A stretch of 64,000 nucleotides of DNA from Scyliorhinus canicula (taxonomy: Eukaryota): positions 124,001-188,000 of the forward strand of contig NW_024055676.1 in NCBI RefSeq assembly GCF_902713615.1, written 5' to 3'. A program made the position numbers and the translations under genes. Under the pieces are notes generated by a model, which ran no database searches, had not been told where the DNA came from, and saw nothing but the letters and a program-made list of their open reading frames with translations. Within the stretch, counting starts at the first letter, position 1; every line of letters begins with the position of its first letter. Shown piece by piece: positions 62,400 to 64,000 of the stretch.

Positions 62400-63030
62400 T
62401 GTTTATCTCTATGACCAAGAAAGCACAACAGTGCCTATACTTCCTCGGGAAACTAAGGAACTTCGGCATATCCGTACTGACTCTTACTAACTTTTACAGA
62501 TGCACCAGAGAAAGCTTCCTATCTGGCTGGTCCAATGCCTGGTATGGCAACAGCTCGGCCCAAGACCGTAAGAAACCACAGAAAGTCGTAAACACAGCCC
62601 AGTCCATCCTGCGAACCCACCTCCCATCTAATGACTCTTTCTACACCTCCCGCTGTCTTGGGAAAGCGGGCAGCATAATAAAATAACACAGCTCCGCAAC
62701 CACCGAGGTTATTCTCTCTTCCAACCTTTTCCACCGGCCAGAAGATACAGAAGTCTGAGAACAGGCACTAACAGATTAAAAAACAGGTCCTTCCCCGCTG
62801 TTACCAGACTCCTGAATGTACCTTTTATGGACTCAACTGATCTCTCCAAACATCTCTGCTGTTGCAGCAATTTACTCAGTATGCTGCATCTGGTGTCTAT
62901 GTATTTATATTGTGTATTTATCGTGTGTCCTATGTTTTTTCATGTATTGAACGATCTCTCTGGACTGTACGCAGAACGATAATTTTCACTGTACCTCGGT
63001 ACACGTGATAAGAAATCTAAATCTAAATCT
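62400..63030 (+). mobile_element. Rex1/Babar-like LINE 3' end
   Basis: KKAQQCLYFLGKLRNFG..LTNFYRC; 3' end CACTGTACCTCGGTACACGTG with an (AAATCT)n tail. Confidence 0.85.
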
Positions 63031-63289
63031 ACGTGTGCATCTTCGCATGGGGCCGTGTTCCCGTATCCAATATGGGGTAGTGCTGTCCACTAGAGAGCGC
63101 GTTCTGATCATATATGAAAGATAGCGACCCTTTCTGGGGAAAGCGACTGCTTGAAGACGTAAAAATGGGGCGGAGAAAATAGGTCGTATTCGACCTCACA
63201 ACATCCCTCTGACTATTTGAACTTCTCCAATTGTAGGTCTGGTGCAGACAGTGATCACTGTCTCTGTTGCTGGAGTTCAGACTGAAACC

Positions 63290-63772
63290 ATGGAGGTGAA
63301 ACACTGTCTGTCTCTGGTTATTGTCCTGATCACAGGTCGGTTATATTGAACGTCTGTTCTAAATTCCCCAATTCTCATATTTATTATAATTTCCATCTCT
63401 GCAAACCCATCCTCCTCATGTTACTCTTTGTAACCCGCTGTCTTTCTGCTGTTTATTTTTAGAGATGAGTAACGGAGAGTCAGTGTCCCAGGCAGAACAA
63501 GGAATCGACGCAGAAGAGGGTGAAGATTCAGCCATACCCTGCCGTTACTCTGTACCGAGCTCAGCTCGAGAATATGGCTTGTTCTGGTATCGCCAGTATC
63601 CATACCCAGCTCCTCAGTATGTGCTCAGAAGCGATAGTTACGGATATAAAAAGACGGCTCCCGGCTTTGAACGCTTCAGCGGGAATCATAACACGACACA
63701 AAACACTTTCACTTTGTCCCTGATAGATTTGAAGATGACAGACAGCGCCGTGTATTACTGCGCGCTGAGACC
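63290..63772 (+). CDS. TCR alpha-type V gene segment (leader 63290-63335, V exon 63463-63772); paralog of 57468
   Basis: MEVKHCLSLVIVLIT|E MSNGESVSQ..IPCRYS..LFWYRQYPYPAP..DSAVYYCALR; RSS CACAGTG(63773)+23+ACACAAAAG. Confidence 0.94.
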
Positions 63773-64000
63773 CACAGTGAATGCGGGCCCGGCGGGGCTC
63801 ATACACAAAAGTGGAGCAGGTCGTCAATCAAGCATTCGGTATCAGAAAAACACAAGGCGTTGAATCTCATTAAAAATGAAAGGGACATTGCAGCTCCATC
63901 TGAATGTTTTTTCCTGGCACAGGTCAATGGTTGTCACAGTTGGGAAATGTGACAAGTGGCGGTCATATTACTCCGGGAACAAATTCAATAATTTCCCCAT

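Noticed and set aside
8237-63811. Immunoglobulin heavy-chain or IgNAR cluster, or D/J/C segments
   Set aside because: I found no 12-RSS-flanked D, no FGXG/WGXG J motif and no C exon. The V sequences end in TCR-like CALR/CAVR/CAMK, and the array is translocon-like.

Overview
Vertebrate genomic DNA, almost certainly from a cartilaginous fish (shark-type HE1 SINEs, CR1, Rex1/Babar and Penelope remnants). The window is part of the V-segment array of a T-cell receptor locus, best read as TCR alpha/delta. I count about 16 V segments (intact, ORF-only and pseudogenes) on both strands. Most have a leader exon, a V exon and a 3' 23-bp-spacer recombination signal sequence (RSS). I found no D, J or C segments. 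Interleaved with the V segments is a duplicated and inverted cluster of about 18 tRNA genes and pseudogenes (Arg-ACG, Asn-GTT, His-GTG, Thr-CGT, Val-AAC/TAC/CAC, Pro). The most notable observations are: (1) a family of tRNA-Pro genes (TGG and CGG) with 18-nt introns at the canonical 37/38 position and a conserved anticodon-intron pair; (2) tRNA genes physically interspersed with TCR V segments; (3) a germline V gene with a precisely intron-less leader next to an intron-containing relative; (4) CTCF-like motifs at V promoters and just behind RSSs; (5) a putative pre-tRNA-Pro/SINE chimeric retrocopy; (6) minimal hammerhead ribozymes in Penelope remnants. There is one N gap (59333-59810). All calls were made by eye with no database searches, so family names of repeats and V subgroups are inferences.
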